DNA from: a virus | Lineage: Duplodnaviria > Caudoviricetes | DNA length: 53,953 bases | Virus record (IMG/VR): IMGVR_UViG_3300005077_000028 | Location: 1 to 53,953 of that record | Strand: one strand, 5' to 3' | Shown: positions 50,482 through 53,953 of the stretch, piece after piece | Layout of the letters: each line of letters opens with the position of its first letter | Numbering within the stretch: the first letter of the stretch is position 1 | Translations under genes and position numbers: made by a program | Notes under the pieces: generated by a model | What the model was told of the DNA's origin: nothing | The model's input: the letters and a program-made list of their open reading frames with translations, nothing else | The model's database searches: none

Positions 50482-50721
50482 ATGAAAGAAGATATAATGT
50501 TTGAAAAATTAGAAATTGAACTAAAAATTTCAGATAAAGCATGTGAAATTGCAAAAAAGTATAAAAATAAAGGATTAGAAAAATATCAATATTTAAACAA
50601 AATTATATCAGAAACCCAAGATTTTGTAATTGAAAATAGGGATGATGTTGAATTATGGAATGAATGTTTTGAAGAGTATATATCAAGAATATTAAATAGA
50701 TTAAAGGAAATATTAAAATGA
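50482..50721 (+). CDS. hypothetical protein
   Basis: ORF behind promoter. Confidence 0.55.
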   Translation: MKEDIMFEKLEIELKISDKACEIAKKYKNKGLEKYQYLNKIISETQDFVIENRDDVELWNECFEEYISRILNRLKEILK

Positions 50722-50927
50722 AATTTTTTTGGGCTTTAATCTTTATTATACTTGTAGGATTTAATATTTTTAATTTAAATATAATTTATAGTTATCAATC
50801 AGAATTTAAAAAATTAAATAAAGAAACGGTAGAAATTTTAAAAGAACGAAATGAACTCCAAAAAAAAGTTTATCTTCTTTCGAAAGAGTTAATTAAATGT
50901 AAAAACCTTAAAATAAAGAGTATTTAA
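50718..50927 (+). CDS. small N-terminal TM + coiled-coil protein
   Basis: MKFFWALIFIILVGF then heptads. Confidence 0.6.
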   Translation: MKFFWALIFIILVGFNIFNLNIIYSYQSEFKKLNKETVEILKERNELQKKVYLLSKELIKCKNLKIKSI

Positions 50928-50928
50928 A

Positions 50929-51537
50929 ATGAAAAATTTTATTAAATATTTGGGTGTTTTTATTATTATATTTTTATCAATTTTAACATTTTTTCTTGGA
51001 GATAAATCTAGTAGATTATCAAATAAAGTTTTAAAATTAGATAATAAAGTTATTCAATTAACAAATCAAAATAAAATTTTAAATAAACAAATATCTAATA
51101 TTAATGATAAAAAAATCGATTTACTTAGTAGTAAAATATATAATTATATATTAGAAAGTAATCAAAAATGTGATCCTTTAATTGCTAAAAAAATTCTAGA
51201 ATCAATTTTAAAATATTCAAAGCATTATAAAATTAATCCTTTATTATTAACGGTAATGATTCAAGTAGAATCATGTTTTAATCCTTTTGAAGTATCTAAA
51301 GATGGTGCTAGAGGATTAATGCAAGTAATGCCAAAAGTTAATAAAGTTAAATTTAATACTTATAAATTACATGAAATCGATTATGGTATAAAAGCTGGGT
51401 GTATTGTTTTCTTAGAAAAATTAGAATTAAAGAAAGATATAGAACAAGCGATTTCTAAATATAATGGAAAAGGAAAAGAAACAAAAAATTTTAAAATTGA
51501 AGTAATGTTAGAATTAGCTAGATTAAATTTTAAATAA
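50929..51537 (+). CDS. membrane-anchored SLT lytic transglycosylase
   Basis: N-terminal TM; QVES.FNP..VS..GARGLMQVMP; YNG. Confidence 0.9.
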   Translation: MKNFIKYLGVFIIIFLSILTFFLGDKSSRLSNKVLKLDNKVIQLTNQNKILNKQISNINDKKIDLLSSKIYNYILESNQKCDPLIAKKILESILKYSKHYKINPLLLTVMIQVESCFNPFEVSKDGARGLMQVMPKVNKVKFNTYKLHEIDYGIKAGCIVFLEKLELKKDIEQAISKYNGKGKETKNFKIEVMLELARLNFK

Positions 51538-51548
51538 AGGAATTATAA

Positions 51549-51959
51549 ATGTCATATTTAATTTTTATTTTTATAATGTTAATATTATCAATGTTAATAT
51601 TACATTTTCAAAATATATATTTAACATTAAAATTTGATAATTATAGAGAATCGTTTAAATATTTAAATATTGTTTTTGAAATATTACGAGTTATTATATT
51701 TAATGGGTATAGTAATGAATCTTTTATAAAAATATATCCATATCAAAAAAATAAAAATGGATATACATATAAACAATGTAGATATATTTTAAAAATGTAT
51801 GATAAACATAAATATGATATAGAAGCATGGGGATTTGCAACAAATGATATTCAATTAAATTTTATGATTAATCAATATTTAATTGATGCTTTAGTTAATT
51901 TAGCTAAATTAAATCACCCTAATATTTATAAAGGAAAGAAATTAATAGAAAAATATTAA
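51549..51959 (+). CDS. hypothetical membrane protein
   Basis: N-terminal hydrophobic helix. Confidence 0.55.
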   Translation: MSYLIFIFIMLILSMLILHFQNIYLTLKFDNYRESFKYLNIVFEILRVIIFNGYSNESFIKIYPYQKNKNGYTYKQCRYILKMYDKHKYDIEAWGFATNDIQLNFMINQYLIDALVNLAKLNHPNIYKGKKLIEKY

Positions 51960-51970
51960 TTATTTTTTTG

Positions 51971-52001
51971 CTCTCCTTATATAAATATATATAAAGGAGA
52001 G
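51971..52001 (+). promoter_or_regulatory. RBS-sequestering hairpin containing a late promoter
   Basis: CTCTCCTT (51971-78) pairs with AAGGAGAG (51994-52001); TATAAATA at 51980-87. Confidence 0.7.
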
Positions 52002-52008
52002 TATTATT

Positions 52009-53565
52009 TTGCCTGTTTCTTATGATAATGAGTATATTAAAGCCCCAGGAATGGAAGTTGAATATACTCCTGAAATGATTACACATTTAAAAAATTCAAT
52101 TAATGATATTAATCATTTTTGTCAATTCGTCAAAATTCTTCATCCAGATCATGGTCGAATTCAATTTATTCCTAGAGATTATCAAACAAAATTATTTAAT
52201 TTATGTGTTAATAATAGGAAAATTATAGGGTTATTTCCTAGACAAGCAGGAAAAACAACTACAGTTGGAGTTTTTGTTTTATGGAAAACTTTGTTTAATA
52301 ATGATTATCATGTAGGTATTGTATCTAATAAAGCAAATTCTGCTAAAGATTTCTTAGATAGAATTAGATTAATGTATGAAGAGTTACCTATATGGATAAA
52401 GCCTGGAGTTTTAACATATGCTAAAACACATATAGAATTTGAAAACGGTTCTAGAATAATGGTTTCTGCTACTTCTGAAAGTGCTTTTCGAGGTAGAACT
52501 TTAAGTTGTCTTTTATGTGACGAATTAGGATTCGTTCCTAGAAATCAATCAGAAGCTTTTTGGGCATCAAACTATCCAACTATTTCTGCATCTAAAACAT
52601 CTAAAATTATTGTTATTTCTACACCAAATGGAATGTTTAATTTATTTCATAGATTATGGATAGGAGCAGAATCTAAAACAAACGGATTTGAACATTTAAA
52701 AATTACATGGAGAGATGTTCCGGGTAGAGATGATACATGGGCAGAAGAAGAAAAAAAAGTTTTAGGAGAAAATCAATTTTTACAAGAAGAAGAAGTACAA
52801 TTTCTAGGATCATCTTCTACATTAATAGATACAACTATGTTAGAAACATTATTAGCATCATATAAACCTCCAATATTATATGATTTAAATAATTCATTTT
52901 ATATATATGAAAAGCCTATAAATAAAGTACAATACGTATTAGGAGTAGATACAGGAAAAGGTATAGGAGGAGATTATTCCGTTATTCAAGTATTTAAATT
53001 AATAAATTCTAATCCTATCAATATGGAACAAGTTGCAGTATATAGATCTAATATAATAGATTCATATTCTTTTGCAGAAATTGTTAATAGAGTTAGTATA
53101 TATTATAATAATGCATATATAATGTGTGAAAATAATGATGAAGGTTCAGTAGTAGTTAATCAATTATGGTGGGAATATGAAAATATGAATTTAATTAATT
53201 ATGAACCTAAAAGAAAAACTAAAGCAAAAAACGAATTAGGTATTAGAGCCACAAAATCTACTAAACCTAAAGGTGCTTTATTAATGAAAAAATTAATAGA
53301 AAATAATAACATAAAATTAAAAGACCAAAATACAATAGAAGAATTAGCAGGATTTATAGAAGAAAAAGGTAAATATTTCGGTAAAGATGTTCATGATGAT
53401 ACTGTAATGGCACTAATATGGGCATGTTTTATTTTTGAAACTAAAATATTAACAGATGAATTCAAAATTGGAAAAAATTATCCTTCTCCTAATAAAGAAG
53501 AAGGATGGGGAATTCTTGCGGATTATGAAACAATAGAAACAGATTGGTCTTGGCTAAACTCTTAA
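52009..53565 (+). CDS. gp17: terminase large subunit, gp17-like
   Basis: RDYQ, PRQAGKTT, FENGS, RGR, CDE, STPNG, GVDTGKG..GDYS, HDDTVMAL. Confidence 0.96.
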   Translation: MPVSYDNEYIKAPGMEVEYTPEMITHLKNSINDINHFCQFVKILHPDHGRIQFIPRDYQTKLFNLCVNNRKIIGLFPRQAGKTTTVGVFVLWKTLFNNDYHVGIVSNKANSAKDFLDRIRLMYEELPIWIKPGVLTYAKTHIEFENGSRIMVSATSESAFRGRTLSCLLCDELGFVPRNQSEAFWASNYPTISASKTSKIIVISTPNGMFNLFHRLWIGAESKTNGFEHLKITWRDVPGRDDTWAEEEKKVLGENQFLQEEEVQFLGSSSTLIDTTMLETLLASYKPPILYDLNNSFYIYEKPINKVQYVLGVDTGKGIGGDYSVIQVFKLINSNPINMEQVAVYRSNIIDSYSFAEIVNRVSIYYNNAYIMCENNDEGSVVVNQLWWEYENMNLINYEPKRKTKAKNELGIRATKSTKPKGALLMKKLIENNNIKLKDQNTIEELAGFIEEKGKYFGKDVHDDTVMALIWACFIFETKILTDEFKIGKNYPSPNKEEGWGILADYETIETDWSWLNS

Positions 53566-53578
53566 AATAATATATAAC

Positions 53579-53953
53579 CTAAACCCCATATCTTATTATA
53601 TCTTTTTGACTTAATTTATCCTTTCCTATCTTTTTACTTAATGGTGTTTTCTCAATATCTAATGTTTTACATTTCAAATCTTTACTAATATTATCCAATT
53701 TAGAATCACCTGCATATATTTTATCACATTCTATTCCTGGTAAACTCTTCACATTCGTTCCTTCAATATCTAAATCACCTTTTATTTTAATACCCTCAGG
53801 TACATTTTCAATCCTATACCAAACCTCTTTCACATCTTTAACAAACCCATATCTAGATAAATCAACATTTACATTTTTCAATACTTTACTAAATACCTCT
53901 AAAATATATTTATGGTATTTTTCAACGGGAAATTTATTTTGTTTTCATCCATT
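53579..53953 (-). pseudogene. copy C of the LRR-like gene, running off the window end
   Basis: Near-identical to 28277-28753; shares the junction TGGATGAAAACAAAATAAATTT with copy A. Confidence 0.75.

Noticed and set aside
1-53953. Genome-wide stop-codon reassignment (TGA to Gly/Trp, or TAG to Gln)
   Set aside because: Code 11 gives dense intact core genes. TGA ends many genes in ATGA overlaps, Trp is TGG and Gly is mostly GGA/GGT. The interrupting stops are a mix of TAA and TGA.
20913-53953. A complete diversity-generating retroelement or CRISPR array
   Set aside because: No reverse transcriptase, no clear template repeat and no regularly spaced repeat-spacer array in the window.

Overview
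A 54 kb segment of a very AT-rich (by eye about 20-25% GC) large T4-like dsDNA phage genome. It contains the head module (gp20 portal, gp21 protease, gp22 scaffold, gp23 major capsid), gp13 neck, gp16-like and gp17 terminase subunits, a split family-B DNA polymerase, two tRNAs, T4-style early promoters (ATTTAC-N17-TATAAT) and late promoters (TATAAATA). The accessory content is unusually rich. (1) About 15 genes share an N-terminal MKFxxYLxE tag resembling the T4 capsid-targeting sequence; they include four ADP-ribosyltransferase-like paralogs, a P-loop kinase, a metallopeptidase and a PcfJ/LRR-like family with variable cassette copies. (2) A seven-gene cluster for cytosine hypermodification: a dCMP-specific thymidylate-synthase homolog, a beta-glucosyltransferase-like enzyme and the phage's own NDP-sugar enzymes. 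(3) A nicotinamide salvage cluster (pncA, pncB and an internally deleted nadE). (4) A non-canonical radical SAM enzyme next to MKIRxGFVSNSSS-motif proteins. (5) A three-gene nucleotidyl-transfer/ligase operon. Many accessory genes show nonsense codons, frameshifts or clean internal deletions. All family calls come from motif recognition by eye; no database search was run.
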